64,000 nucleotides of DNA from the human T2T-CHM13v2.0 reference genome, Homo sapiens, in NCBI RefSeq assembly GCF_009914755.1, contig NC_060931.1; one strand, given 5' to 3'. Position numbers and translations under genes: made by a program. Below, in pieces: positions 40,811 through 58,309 of the stretch. Within the stretch, counting starts at the first letter, position 1; every line of letters begins with the position of its first letter. Below the pieces are notes generated by a model that did no database searches, had not been told where the DNA came from, and saw only the letters and a program-made list of their open reading frames with translations.

Positions 40811-41250
40811 TGTCTCAGTCCATTTAGTGTTGCTATCTAGGAATACCTCAGACTGGGTAATTTATTTTTAAAAGATATATTTGGCTCATGGTTCTGCAGG
40901 CTGTAAAAGAAGCCTGGCACCAGCATCTGCTTCTACTGAGGGTCTCTGACAGCTTGCACTCATCAGGGAAGGGAAGAGCCAGCATGCACAGAAATCACAT
41001 GGGGAGAGAGGAAGCAAGTGTGGGGAGAGAGGTGCCACGCTCTTTTTAACAACCAGTTATCATGGGAACTAATAGAGTGAGAACTCATTGCTAGGAGGAT
41101 GGCACCAAGACATTTAGGCGGAGATGAGTAAATCATGAGTAAGACATTCATGATTTGTCCTGTGACCCAAACACCCCTCATTGGCCCCATCTCCAACATT
41201 GGGAGTCAAATTTCAACATGAGATTTGGAGGGGTCACACAAACTATAGCA
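40811..41250 (-). mobile_element. MST (MaLR) solo LTR, MSTB-like
   Basis: tgtctcagtccattt...aactatagca; 5-bp TSD aaggg/caggg (one mismatch). Confidence 0.8.
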
Positions 41251-42057
41251 CAGGGTATGTATAATTAAGTTGACCTCAGTTTCTTTCTCCACCTTTGTTG
41301 TTGTTTTTGTTTGTCTTTTGAGAGAGGGTCTCGTTCTGTTGCCTAGGCTGGAGTGCAGGGGTGCGATTATGGCTCACTGAAGCCTCCCAGACACAAGTGA
41401 TCCTCCCACCTCAGCCTCCTGAGTAGCTGGGACCACAGGCACAGGCCACCACGCCCGGCTAATTTTTGTATTTTTTGCAGAAACGAGATTTCCCCTGTTG
41501 CCGAGGCTGGTCTTGAACTCCTGAGCTCAAATGATCCACCCTCCTGCCCTGGCCTCCCAGAGTGCTGGGATTACAGGTGCGAGTCACTGTGCCTGGCCTT
41601 TCTTCACCTTTGAATGATACAGTTGATTTCTAATTATTAGCAAAGTGACACCATTTTTAAAAAATTTACAGAATAGCTCAAGTTAATCTTGCACTATGGT
41701 GAAGATCACAGGCTCTGGAATCAGGCAGAGCTGGGACTGACTTGAAGCATGTATATGGCCTTGGGCAAGTTATTTAACCTCCATAATCCTCATCTGTAAA
41801 ATGAGATAGGAAGCAACTAATACTGGAGCCTCATGTGGTTCTTGTGAGTGTGAAATTGAGAGATATCTGTGTAATGGGCAGGGACTTGTTCCACAACACT
41901 CCCTAAATCTGGCTTTGAGTACCTATTCAAAAGGTATCAGGTCAGGCTGGGCACAGTGGCTCACATCTGTAGTCCCAGCACTTTGGGAGGCCGGGAGTTG
42001 GAGACCAACCTGGGTAACATAGCAAGACCCTGTCCCTATGAAAAAATGTAAAAATTA

Positions 42058-42204
<147 letters not shown>

Positions 42205-43254
42205 TCATAAAAAAAAAAAAAAAAAAAGAATCAAAAAAATGAATCAACCTGTTATGTGTGGAGGAGCCCCTCCTTCCTAGATTGGCACAAAAGCCCAGGG
42301 GCTTCAGCTAATGCCTGAAAAACATGGAATTGGGTTGCTCTTTGTTCTCTGGTGGCATCTGTACTTCCATCTTGGTGCTTTCTGGTGCCCAGCCAACTCC
42401 CCCTGCGCCTGCTGGGTGTGGATACTGCAGCCCGCTCAGCAGTGCTCCTCACAGAGGTCCTCCCTGCTGAACCCAGGCTCAGCCTCAAGATCCTCACCTC
42501 TGCTACAAGGCCTCAGATCCCAGAATCCTTCCACACATACCTCCTAGCCGTGCGCCATTAGGCATACCTGCAACCTGTCTTGGGCAGGAGCGCCTCTACC
42601 AGCAACTCCCGCCTCCTCAGTCTCCACCGCCTCTTCTCAATTCACCAGACTTTCAAACCAAAGCCTGGGTGAGTAGTTGTCCTCGGGGGACTTGACAACT
42701 TCTGTTTTCAGCCTAGAAACTCCAAAGGCAATAATACCCTTAGAGGGGAGGGAATTAGTCTCAAAATAGGATTGTATGACTATCTTCTGGTCGTCTTGGA
42801 ATAGGGGAAAGAAAGATATTGCCCATTCTTTTGAGTCTCTTCCAATAGCAAATTATCATGCCATTTAGAGAAATGCTTAGTTCAGAGTTTGACACATAGT
42901 AATCCTACAACTCTCAGAAAGTATTAACTATTAATACTATCATTTTTATTTGGCTCCCCTTTGGACAATAGGCAAGAATTGAAAGTGATTTCAGTAAATA
43001 AGACCAACTAGAAAATGAACTTGGAGAAACCAAAGCTATCTGAAGAAAGAAATCTAAGTTGTTAAAAGGATGAAATATAAAGGCTTTGGGAGAAAACACT
43101 TGGATTACTTGATATGGAAAATTTTTAAAATGGAAAGCCTACCTTTGTGTTTAAGCATATGACAATTTATGGCAAAGACCTGATCATTCTTCATCAACCC
43201 TAGGATTTAAAATAACACATAGTCATTTGACTTGTATCGTTAGATCTGGGCTAG

Positions 43255-43539
<285 letters not shown>

Positions 43540-45026
43540 TGATCTGCCTGCCTCGGCCTCCCAAAGTGCTGGGATTACAGGCGTGAGCCACTGCCAACGT
43601 GAAGTGTTAATAGAAGCTGTGGATTCTCCAACCCTAATGATGCCTTGGGCAGTTGTGAAGTTCACCTTCTTGCAAAGAAGATTGGCTTAGTGGATGCATT
43701 CAGGTCCTACTCAACATTGTGATTCTACATATGCTTTTCCACATAGCAGGTGATCCTGAAAATCATATTTTTTACAATGGTATATTTTTCATGTCAGTTG
43801 ACTATGCATAGAAGGAAGGTCCTGCTGTAAATATCAAGAACCTAGGTTTGTACCTTTGCATTCAGACAGATTTCCTGGTGACCTGGAGTAGCCATTTATC
43901 CCATCTGAATAAAGATGGGACAGAATTAGAATTACTTGATTTAATCCTCATTCTGCTTTAACACTCAGAGATATTTTTCCTTCAAATATTCTTTCTCTAT
44001 TGCTAATAAGCAGTAGAATTAAGAATTCTTTTATTCTCAGAAAGTAGACTGTGGTCATAATTTCCTAATGTAAATATTTAATTTAAATTTTTTTTTCTTT
44101 TTTTGGAAACAGAATCTCGCTCGTTGCCCAGGCTGGAGTGCAATGGCACAATCTCGGCTCACTGCAACTTCTGCCTCCGTGTTCAAGCGATTCTCCTGCC
44201 TCAGCCTCCAGAGTAGCTGGAACTACAGGCGCCCGCCACCATACCCGACCAGTTGTTTTGTATTTTAAATTTTGTTTCTAAAAGGAAATTAAAAAGCTGT
44301 CTTGTGGAGGACTTCAGCTACCCCATTATTCTAGCAGAGTGTTTTCATCAGTTGTCCTAATTTGAGGAAGTCTATTTTTTTGTGGGGCAGGTAATTTAAG
44401 ACACTTTTGTTTCTTACCATGCCCCATCACTTTAGCAAATTAGGCTTTTTCACTGCTTCCTGAGTGAATTTTCACTTGTTTTGGGTTGGTAGGATTAAGC
44501 AATCATGCTTTTAAGCAGGGCCTTGGTGTTCAGGCGTGACCCTCTTCAGTTTCAGGTTTTCTTAATTCCTTGAAATCAGCCTGTCTTAATTCAGCCATTT
44601 TACCAGGAGTTAATCAGACTGCATCTCATTAGTAGGCCCTTGTTTTAAAACTCTGGGAACAGAAGTTTCTTCTCCCATTGATCTTCTACCCATCTCTAAA
44701 ATGTAGCTCTTGGTGGCAGTTTTTTGTCTTATTCTAAATAGTGAATCCCAGGATTGGGACGCAGGACCCTTGACTAATTTTCATTTCATTTTTCCGTCTG
44801 TGCTCCAGTCCCCACCAGGTACTAGACTCTGATTGCCACCCTGAGAGCTGGTGACAAAACCTCTGCCTTTGGCTCTTTGCGTATTGTTTAGCTTGGCCTT
44901 CTCTTTCCAATTTACTCTTTTTATCCTCTTCACGCGTCTTATAAAATCGCTAGGTGGACATATCATTTAAGCCAGCCTAACTTTGCCACTCTAATGGTGC
45001 ATAACATTTATGTAGCAAGGTTGTAA

Positions 45027-45418
<392 letters not shown>

Positions 45419-45836
45419 TGAACATAGCTACTCATTGAGTGGAGGGTAAGGGAGAGCATTAGAAAGAGATGAGAGGTTTGCTTAGAATATGATATCTTCA
45501 TAATGGTCTTAACACTGGCTGCCTTTCAGAATGACTTAGATTATCTTTAAAACCATACTAACAACTCTGCCCCACCCCCAGAGATTCCAATTCAATTTGT
45601 CTGAGAAGACTTTTTTTTTTTAAGCCCCAAAGCTATTCTTGGTGAGCCAGAATTGTCATTATTAAAACACTGATCAAAAACATTTTTGGACAAATGATGA
45701 AGACATTGTGAGTGGGTACAATGATTGAGGAGGCTGGGACAAATGTTTCCGTTATGTTGACATCTTAAAAGTTTTGTGCCCTAAATAATGTGGCAGTATT
45801 TTCCTTTTGACACTTCTTAGGCCCAGAGACCCTGGT

Positions 45837-46197
45837 TGATATAGTTAGGCTTTGTGTCCCCACCCAACTCTCATCTTGAATTATAATCCCAAGGTGTTGA
45901 GGGAGAGACCTGGTGGGAAGTGACTGGGTCATGGGGGTGCTTCCCCCGTGCTGTCCTCCTGATGGTGAGGGAGTTCTCACGAGATCTGAAGGTTTATAAA
46001 TGGCAGTTTCCCCTGGGCTTTTCGCTCTGTCTCACCTCCTATCATGTAAGATGGGCCTGCTACCATTCCGCCATGATTGTAAGTTTCCTGAGACCTCCCC
46101 AGCCATGCAGAACTGTGAGTCAATTAAACCTCTTTCCTTTATAAATTACCCAGTCTTGGCTAGCATCTTTATAGCAGTGTGAAAACGGACTAATACA
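45837..46197 (+). mobile_element. THE1 (THE1D-like) solo LTR
   Basis: tgatatagttaggctttgtgtccccaccc...ggactaataca; perfect 5-bp TSD CTGGT. Confidence 0.88.
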
Positions 46198-49100
46198 CTG
46201 GTGATCCTAGTTACATGCTGACAGTAAATGTAAATAATGCTGTTCCTTCCTCAGGGACTTAAGATAGATGATTTGTTCCAACAGAATATGTCAGCTGAGT
46301 GGTGTCAGTGACATTTAACCCCGTTCCCCTGAGTGCTCATATGTGGCAAACAGTTACAGCAGCAAGTCTTTTAGGAACTTTGTTTCAAGAGGGTGTTAAA
46401 GAAGAAAGTAACAGTTGGTGCAGAAATGGAAGTGATCCAAACTACCCAGCGTATCTAGTCCTTAAATCAGCACAAAGCCTGCCTTCCTCCCTTCCTCACT
46501 TCTGTATGGTCTGAGCTCAGTGAAGAGAGCTGCCTACACTTCAGTTGATTATTCATTTATTTACTTATTTATTTTTGAGGCAGAGTCTCACTCTCACCCA
46601 GGCTGGAGTGCAGTGGTGTGATCTCGGCTCACTGCAACCTCTGACTCCCAGGTTCAAGCGATTCTCTTGCCTCAGCCTCTTGAGTAGATGGGATTACAGG
46701 TGCCAGCCACCACGCCCAGCTAATTTTTGTATTTTTAGTAGGGACGGGGTTTCACCATGTTGGCCAGGATGGTCTCGATCTCCTGACCTCATGATTTGGC
46801 CCACCTCGGCCTCCCAAAGTGCTGGGATTACAGGTGTGAGCCACCGCACCCGGCTTGATAATTTAATCCTTAGAAGAGAAAACTTTAAAAAAACGAACAA
46901 TCCACACCAGCGATTGTCAAAATGTGGTTCAGGGATCTCCGGGGGTTTTTCAAGACTCTTTCAGGGGTCTGCAAGGTTAAAATCACATGTAGGTAAAAGA
47001 CCCATCAAAGTGTAGTAAGAAACAATGGGTTTTAATGTAACAGAATGAAAAGTATATTGTATGGTTTTAGATTCTACTCAATGACTTAACCTCCCACATG
47101 TCAAGTTTTGGTATAGCATAAAAGAACACACACAGTTATCGGAAGGGGCTAATAAAATATTTTTCTTTTCCAACAACATATCTGTGTAAGGCTGGGTTTT
47201 CTTCATGTACTTTCAAATAACAGATCAAAACAAACTGAATGAGGAAGCACAATAAGAACATAGCTATCTTCTTTATTTGCTAATATCTTTATTGAAGCAC
47301 AGTATAATGAACATAAACTGCACATATTTAAAGTGTACGATTTGGTAAATGTTGACATATATATGCAATAAAACCTCAACATCATCTCCATAGGTTTCCC
47401 TATGCCCCTTTGTATCCACTCGCTGCTGTACCTCTGGACATCCTCCCATATCCAGACAAATACTAATCTGCTTTCTGTCATAAATTAGTTTAGAAGTTTA
47501 TATATATTAAGTTGTATTCATGTTTGTCAGGATTTTTACATTCAGCTAATTATTCTGGCATTCATTCACATTGTAGCATATATCAATATTCCATTCCTAG
47601 TATATTAGTGCACAATATTCCATTGTATTAATATATCAGGCCAGGAGGTGTGGCTCATGCCTGTATCCCAACACTTTAGAAGGCCAAGGCAGGAGGATTG
47701 CTTGAGGCCAGGAGTTCAAGATCAGGCTGGGCAATATAGCAATACCCTGCTCTACAAAAAAATAAAATTAGATAGATGTGGCGGCATGCCCCTATAGTCC
47801 CAGCTACTTGGGAGGCTGAGGTAGGAGGATCTTTTGAATCCAGAAATCAGAGTTACAGTGAGCTATGATTGCACCATTGCACTCCAGCCTGGGTGAAACA
47901 CATATATTTTGATATATATCACATTTGGTTTATTCATTCACCTTTTCATAAACATTTACATTTCTCACTGGGGCTATTACAAATAAAGCTGTTATGAACA
48001 TTCATATATAAGACTTTGTATAGACATAAGCTTTTATTTCTCTTGCTAAATACTTAGCGGTAAAATGGCCATACAGTAAGTGTCTGTTTAATTTTTTGAG
48101 GAACTATTAAACTGTTTTCTAAAATGGTGATGCCATTTTACATTCCCAGCATCAGTGTATGAGGCCTCCAGTTGCTCCATATGTTCACTAGTGCTTGGTG
48201 TGGCCAACCTCTTTATTTTATTTTATTATTTTATTTTTGAGACAGGGTTTTGCTCTGTCACCCAGGCTGGAGTGCAGTGACGTGATCGTGACTCACAGTA
48301 GCCTCGACTTCCCTGGCTCAAGCAATCCTCCTGCCTCAGCCTCCCAAGTAACTAGGACCACAGGTGCATGCCACTATACCCGGCTAATTTTTAAAATTGT
48401 TTTGTAGAGACTGCGTCTCACCTGCTTGCCCAGGCTGGTTTCAAACCCTGGGCTCAAGTGATCCTCCTGCCTTGGCCTCTCAAAGTGCAGGAATTACAGG
48501 CATGCACCATGGTTGAAAAAGTAACCCTTTCTCCACCAAATTGCCTTTGCTCTTTTGTCAAAAATTAGTTGTCCATGTGTGGTGGGTCTGTTTCAGGATT
48601 CTCTCTTCTGTCCTGTTGCTCTGTTTATCTTTATGTCAATGCCATACTCTATTGATTACCGTAGCTTTATAATAGTTCTTGAACTCAGGTAGTTAAAGTC
48701 CTCCAAGTTTGTTTTTTTTTTCACAGTTGTTGCCTATTCCAAGTCTTTTGCATTTCTCTACAAATTTTGAAATCAACTTGTCAATTTCTACAACAAAAAC
48801 GCCATTAGGATTCTGACTCTATAGATCAATTTGGGTAGAATTGATATCTGTACAATATTGAGTCATTCAATCTGTAAACACTATCTCTTAATTCATTTAG
48901 TTCTTTAATTTCTTTCAGCAATGTTTTAATAGTTTTAATATACAGGCAGGTCTTGCACATTTTTTGTCAGATTTATCCTTACATATTTCATTTTTGGATG
49001 CTATTGTAAATGGCATGTTAAAAGTTTCGGTTTCCAATTTTCAAATATTTGTTGCTAGTACTTAAAAATACAATTGATTTCTGTTTATTAGTCATGTATC

Positions 49101-50773
49101 TGGCAACCTGGCTAAACTCACTTAATTATAAATGCTTTTCTGTTGTTGTAGATTCCACTGGATTTTCTACAGAGCAAACATGTTGTTTGTGATTAAAGAT
49201 AGTTTTTCTTCTTCCTTTTCAACCTGTATGTCTTTTGTTTCTTTTTCTTTCTTTATTACACCGACTAGAACCTCCAGTACAATGTCACATAGAAGTGGTG
49301 AGAACAGCCACCTTGTTTCTGACATTAGAGGGAAAATATTCTTTTTCACCATTAAATACAACATTAGCTATAAGTTTTTTATGGATGGACTTTATCAGAA
49401 TGAGGAAGTTGCTATCTATTTCTCATTTGCTGAGTATTTATCAAGAATTGATGTTGGATTTTATACAAAAAAAGTTTGCATTTATTGAGATGGTTGTGTG
49501 GATTTTTTTTTTAGTTCATTAATATGGAGAATTACATTGTTTGAATCTTGAATGTTAAAACCAACCTTGCAGTCTTGGGATAAACCCCACTTGGTTGTGT
49601 ATTATCCTTTTGTTTATATTGATGTATTCAATTTGTTAACATTTTGTCAAGAATTTTCATGTCTGCATGCTCATGAGAAATATTAGATTGTAGTTTTCTT
49701 TTCCCATTATAACTCATCTAGTTTTGGCATGCTGGTTTCATAAAACGAGTTGGGAAGTTTTCCCACCTCTTCATTTTTTCCTGAGGGGACTTGTGTAGAA
49801 TCATATTATTTCTTCCTTAAATGTTTGGCAGAATTCCCCAGTGAAACCATCTGGGCTTTGAGTCCTTGTAGGAAAGTTTTGTAGCTACAAATTCAATGTA
49901 TTTAATGAAAGTGATTTTGGGGAGCTTGTGACTTTCAAGGAATTTCTCCTTGAGTAAGCTTTGGTGGTTTGAAAGACAAACCACCAAATTTTTTAAAGTT
50001 TTATTGGCATTAATAATTGGCATAAAATTTTTTAAAATTTCCCTTATTATCTTTCTTCTTTAATTTTTTTTCAAAGAGGCAGGGCCTCACTCTGTTGCCC
50101 AGACTGGAATGCAGTGATGCTATCATAGCTCACTGCAGCCTCAAATTCCTGGGCTCAAGCCATCTTCTGAGTAGCTGGGACTACAGGTGCACAACACCAT
50201 GCCTGGTTTATTTTTTATAGAGATAGGGTCTTGCTATGTTGCCCAGGCTGGTCTCAAACTCCTGGCCTCAAGTGATCCTCCCATTCAGCCTCCCCAAATG
50301 GTGGGTTACAGTTGTGAGCCATCATGCCCAGCACACTGATTGTCTTTCTATTATCTGTGGAATCTATAGTGATGTCACCTCCCTCATACCCGATACTGGA
50401 AATTTATATAGTCTCATTGCCCTGTTTAGTCTGGCTAAAATTTTATAAATTTCATTGTAATTTTCCAAAAACTAGCTTTTGATTTTACTGAATTTCCTCT
50501 GTTGTTTTTTATTGTCTATTTCATTGATTAACATTCTCATATTTGATTCTGCTCTTCTGCTTTTTCCCCTCAAGTTTTGTAAAGTGGCAGCTGAGGTCAG
50601 TGAGTTGAAACCTTTCTTTTTTCCTAATATAGGCATATAATGCTAAAAATATTTACTAAACACTGCTTTAGCTTCATCGCACAAATTTACATATATTTGT
50701 TTTTAATTTCATTTAATGCAAAATACTAATTTCCCTTTTATTATCTGACACTTCAGTTATTTACAAATATGGT

Positions 50774-50807
<34 letters not shown>

Positions 50808-52768
50808 TTGGTGTCTTGCTCTGTCACCCAGGCTGGAGGTTGGAGTGTGGTGGCGTGATCTCAGCTCACTACAACCTCTGCCTCCTGATTTCAAGTGATC
50901 CGCCTGCCTCAGCCTCCTGAGTAGCTGGGACGACAGATGCGCACCACCGCGTCCGGCTAATTTTTGTATTTTTAGTGGAGACAGGGTTTCACGGTGTTAT
51001 CCAGGCTGGTCTCAAACTCCTGACCTCAAGTGATCTGCCCGCCCTGGCCTCCCAAAGTGCTGGGATTACAGACGTGAGCGACTGCACCCGGCTTTAATTT
51101 CCAAGTACTTTGGGATTTCCAAACATTTGAGATAATCTTTCTGTTGTTGATTTCTAGCTCAATTTCACTGTGGTCAGAGAACATGTTTTGTGTGAGTCAA
51201 ATCCTTTTAAATTTATTGAGAATTGTTTTATGTCCATGAATATGGCCTATCTTGGTAAATGATCCATGTACACTTAGAAAGAATGTATAAAATAATTTGG
51301 TGAAGTATAAAATAAATGTCAATCAGGTCAAGTTGGTTGACAGTGTTATTTAAGTTTTCTGTATACTTACTAATTATCTGTCTACTTTTCTCATCAATTG
51401 TTAAGGAAAGGATATTGAAATATCCAACTATATTTGTGGATGTGTCTATTTTTCTTTTTAGTTCTATAAATTTTTATTTTATTTATTTTGAGATCCTTAT
51501 TAGGTACATATATGTTTAGTATTGTTATGAACTCTTGAGGAGTCGATGTCTTTTTCATTATGAAATGACCCTCTGTATCCCTGATAGTATTCTCTAGTCT
51601 GAAATCAGCTTTGTCTAATATTAATGTAGCCACTCCAGCTCTTTTGATTAGTGTTATCATGGCATATATTATTCCACCCTTTCACTTTCAGTGAACTTGT
51701 ATCTTCGTATTTAAAGTGTGATTTTTGTAGCCAGGATATAGTTTGGTCTTGTTTTTTAAATTCAGTCTCTCAATCTCTGCCGTTTAACTGAAACATTTAG
51801 ATGATTTATATAAAATGTGATTTTTTTTTTTTTTGAGGCAGAGTTTCACTCTGTTGCCCAGGCTGGAGTGCAATGGCCTGAACTCAGCTCACTGCAACAA
51901 CCTCTGCCTCCTGGGCTCAAGTGATCCTCCCAGCTCAGCCTCCCAGTCGCTGTGATTACAGGTGCTTACCACTACACTTGGCTAGTTTTTATATTTTTAG
52001 TAGAGACAGAGTTTCACCATATTGCCCAGGGTGGTCTCAAACTCTTGGCCTCAAATGATCCACCTGCCACTTCATCTGGCCAAAATGTGAATACTGATAT
52101 GGTTGGGTTTGAAATGTGATTATTGACGTGGCTGGATTTAATACATTGTTGGTATTTGTTTTGTATTTGTTTCATCAGTTATTTGTTCCCTTTTATCTTT
52201 TTGCTGTCTGCTTTTGGATTGAACATTTTTATAATTCCCTTTTATCATTTTTGTTGGCTTATTAGCTATAGCTATTTGTTTTATTTTGTTTTGTTTTAGT
52301 GATTTCTTTAGGATTTATATAATACACCTTAAACTTACCATAGTCTGCTTTCTATTGATGTTATACCACTTCACATATAGTAAAATAATTTTATAATACA
52401 CTTGCATTTCTAGCCTCTGAGCATTTGTGCTATTGTCATGCGTATTGCTTCCACATATGTTATAAATGCCACGGTGCACTGTAATTATCTTTAAATAATT
52501 TGTTATTGTTTCAAGACATTTAAATGATTTAAAAAAACTATATTGATTGACATAATTACCAGTCTGGCCTGCTTCATCCATTTGTGTAGCTCTAGATTTC
52601 TAGCTATTGTTCTTTTGATTTTGCTTGAAGCACTTTCTTTAGTGTTTCTTTTAATGCAGATCTGCTGGTGACAAATTCTTTCAGCTTTTGTCTATCTGAA
52701 AAAGTCTTTATTTTATTTCGCTCTTACTTTTGGTAGATTTTTTAATGAACTAAGACTTACAGTTTGGA

Positions 52769-53454
<686 letters not shown>

Positions 53455-53925
53455 TCATGACAAGAAATCCACTGTCAGTCTGGGTACCATGGCTCATGCC
53501 TATAATCCCAACACTTTGGGAGGCTGAGGCAGGAGGATTAATTGCTTGAGCCCAGGAGTTTGAGCCCAACCTGGGCAACACAGTTAGACTCTGTCTCTAC
53601 AAAAGATTTAAAAAAAGATTAGCCAGGCATGGTGGCATACACTTGTAGTCCCAGCTACTCAGGAAGCTCAGGTGGGAGGATGGCTTTAGCCTGGGAGGTC
53701 AAGGCTGCAGTAAGCTGTGACTGCACCACCGCACTCCAGCCTGGGTGACAGAGCAAGACCTGTTTCAAAAAGAAAAAAAGAAAAAAAAAGTCCACTGCCA
53801 TGCTTCTTTTTGTTCCTCTATGTATAATGTGGGGTTTTTTTCCCCTCGGTTACTTTTAAGTTTTTTTTTTTTTCTTTAAAACTGGTTTTAAGCTATTTGA
53901 ATATGAAGTCAGTTGGGGTAGTTTT

Positions 53926-54266
53926 TGTCACAGGTGTGACTGGCTGGGGCTGGCATCATGGATAGTAAAAGAACTTACCAAGACAGTAGTGGGTAAAGAA
54001 AGGCAGATTTATTAGAGAAAGTACAAAGATACATTGTAAGAATGCAATGGGCAGCACAGCAGAGAAGGGGCTGTCTACAAAGAGGCAGGGGCAGGAGGGA
54101 AGTTTTATAGGGTTGTGCTGAAGGGGCTACTTGCAGAGCGAGGTATTTGGAAATAGGATGCTGTGCCAACAGGTTGTTTGTGGTAAGCCATCTCTCAGAA
54201 TAACTGTTCTCCCCCACCTGGGGCCCCTTCCTCATTGTTGCTTACTTATCTTATCAAGACTCCACA
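53926..54266 (-). mobile_element. LTR47-like solo LTR inserted in the L1
   Basis: TG...CA ends; 5-bp TSD GTTTT (53921-53925, 54267-54271); reverse strand starts tgtggagtcttgataag. Confidence 0.75.
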
Positions 54267-54902
54267 GTTTTCTTTATGTTTCCTGTGCTTGGGATTCATT
54301 GAGATTCTTAGATATATGAGTTTATAGTTTTTACCAAATTTGATTTTATTAAAATCTTGACCATCATTTATTTAAAATTTTTTTTCTGTCACTTACCTGC
54401 TTCAGGGACTCCAAAGGCATTTGTATTAGGCTGCTCAAAGCTCTTCTGCATCTCACTCTGATGTTCTGTTTGCTTCTTTTCATTCTTTTTATCTCTGTGT
54501 GTTTCATTTGGTATGGCTTCGATGGCGATATCTTCAAGTTTACTAGTCTTTTCTTCTTCAGTGTCTAATTTGCTGCTAATCCCCAGTTAGTGTATTTCCA
54601 TTGTAGTTTTCATCTCTAGAATTTCAAGTTCAGCCTTCTTTATAAAACTATGTCTCTACTTAACCTGCTCAATCTTTTAGCTTGCTCCTTGAATATATGG
54701 AATACAGTTAGAATAGACTATTTTAGGCCGGGCGTGGTGGCTCACGCCTGTAATCCTAACACTTCGGGAGGCCAAGGAGGGTGGATCACCTGAGGTCAGG
54801 AGTTCGAGACAAACCTGGCCAACATGGCAAAATCCCATCTCTACTAAAAATACAAAAATTAGCCGGGCCTGTAGCGGTGGTGCGCGCCTGTAATCCCAGC
54901 TA

Positions 54903-55079
<177 letters not shown>

Positions 55080-55235
55080 TCATTTCTGGTTCAGTTTCAA
55101 TTGACTGATTTTCCTCCTCATTTTATGTTATATTTTTCTGCTTTTTTGTATTGGTGATTATTTACTGGATTTCAGACATTGTGAGTTTTATTTTGTTAGG
55201 TGTTGTAATTTTTTTTTTTTTTTTTTTTTTTTTAG

Positions 55236-55433
<198 letters not shown>

Positions 55434-56123
55434 TAGTCTTGAACTCTTGGCTCAAGCAATCCTCCCACCTTGGCCTCCCAAAGTGCTGGGATTATAGGTG
55501 TGAGTCACTGCACCTGGCCCTGTGTGGGGTATTTTTGTATTCCTATAAATATCCTTAAACTTTGTTCTGGGAAATAATTAAATTACTTGGAAACAGTTTG
55601 ATCTTTTGGGGTCTTGCTTTGTAAGCTTTTTAAAGCAGGACCAGAGGATGTTTAGGTTAGTTTTGTGTTAATTTTTTCTCCACAATTGAGACACTCTCTT
55701 CTGAGTACTCTACCTGCTCTTCCATTATGAGGTTTTCCATTCTGGCTGGTGGAAATAGACACTATTTTCAACATTGTGTGCCCTTCCTAATCTTTTCAGG
55801 TTATTCTTTCATTAACTTTGGTTAGTTTATTTTCATGCATTCACTGACCAGTTCTCACCTGAATATTTGAGAGGTGTCCTCTAAGATCTTGGGAATTTTC
55901 TGTCTGTTGAGTGCTCTCCTTTTTTGGTATTCTTCGCAGGTTCTCTATCCAATTTGACCCACCTCCACGCCCAGCTTTATCTCCTCAACTCGGGGAGACC
56001 ACAGAGCTTTACTACGTTTCTCTCCTGGCACTGCTGCCTGGGAACTCTCTCAAGGCAATTGTACAGTTCATCTCGTTCTCCATCTCTCCAGAAATCACTA
56101 TCCTTCATTTCCTAATGTCTTAA

Positions 56124-56417
<294 letters not shown>

Positions 56418-56665
56418 TGATCCGCCCACCTCGGCCTCTCAGTGCTAGGATTACAGGCGTGAGCCACCATGCCTGGCCCATTTTGTCCAATTTCTTAGCT
56501 GTTTCAAGCAGGAGGGTAAATCCAGTTCTTGTTATTCTATCTTATTTTAAAGCCATCTTTTAGTAAGTTCTATGTTAAAGATACTTGCAAAGATTTAAAA
56601 CAATTCTATTCTTTAAGTCATTTGTTTTGGAAAATATCATTATTTTCATAAAAATATTTCTGTTA

Positions 56666-56982
<317 letters not shown>

Positions 56983-57239
56983 TCATGTAATTGGCTTATT
57001 GCTATCATCAAATAAATTAACAAATAAATCTTTAAAACATTTTTAGGTTTAATTCTGAATATGGTAAATCTTGATAAAAATAACTATGTAAACAAAAGGT
57101 CTTTGGGTTCCTCAACAATTTCTGACCATAAAGGACTCCTGAGAGCAAAATGTCCGAGAACAACTGATCTAAATGAACTGATGGGATTTCTGTTTGGATT
57201 GAAGGAAACTAAAATATTTTTCTTTAAAATACTGAGGAT

Positions 57240-57720
57240 TGTTGAGCTGAACGAAGTTAAAATGCGGGGGGACACCCTGCCCTTCCTTCTGCTTGCCTGA
57301 TGATAGTACAATGACTCACAAAGATGAAAGTCCTCCCCACCTCCTCTGCCCCTTTCCTGCCTAAAGACAGAGATGTAAATTCTCACTGGCTCATCAGCCC
57401 AGAGACGGCACCACAGGGCCAGGGAAATCTGGGAGCAAACTATGCTACCTTCCCACAGTTTTCCCACCTTTGAGAGACTCTCCTTTGTCTTGTCACTCCT
57501 CTAAGAGTTACAGCTCTTTGTTGAAATACGATTTGAGGCCGAACTGCAAGCCATTGCCTTGAAAGATACCCCTGATCCGAGGTTCCTCCTGTGCGATGTG
57601 CACTGCAAGCGTTAAAGTAAAACTTGCTTTTCTCTTGTTAATCTGTCTTTAGTAACATAAAGTTTTTCTCAGCTGTAAACTTTTAAGGGTTGAGAAATTT
57701 ATTGTATTTTCTCTCCTTTA
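57240..57720 (+). mobile_element. ERV1 LTR-like (MER34/MER39 group)
   Basis: ttttctcttgttaatctgtcttt 3' motif recalled from this group. Confidence 0.5.
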
Positions 57721-58309
57721 GGATGCATGAACTGGGCAGTTGGGTAACCCAGGTGCTGGGGAAGACATGAGTATCAAAGATGAGAAGGCCCATAGACAGG
57801 GAGAAGAAGGAAGAAGAACAGAGAAAAGCAAAAGTTAAGAAGCCATGTAGCCCCCAAGAGACACAGAGCATAATACAGATTCCTAATTTTCCAATGGCTG
57901 TCTAGACATTTGGGTGACATTTGGGTGGCCCAGTTATACTTCCTGCCCTTGGGATCTTTGAGATAATCTTAAAAATAAAATTCCATATTTTTTCCTTAAA
58001 GAGAAAAAAAAATACAAAAGGGAGAAAGTAAAGCGCAGTGGTAGACTTGAAAGGAAGATATTAGTGTTTGGAGAGTCCAGGATCATTTTGGCATCCAGAG
58101 ATTCCAGTGCTCTGACAAAGACTGACACTGTTCATGCTGATCAGACAGGGATAGAAGATCACATGGCTGGGGTGTGGAAAAGGGCTCCCCAACCCTGTGA
58201 TTCTGGGGTTATTTTTAGTACACTGGTTAATCTGTTGGCATTGTCTAATCTTGGCCAACACTCTCCAGGGTTTACTTTCTCCACATTTACAAAATGAGGG
58301 TCAGAAGAC

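Noticed and set aside
44947-44960. CTCF-like motif TCGCTAGGTGGACA (and similar weak hits near 38378 and 42590)
   Set aside because: Multiple mismatches at high-information positions; not supportable without ChIP data
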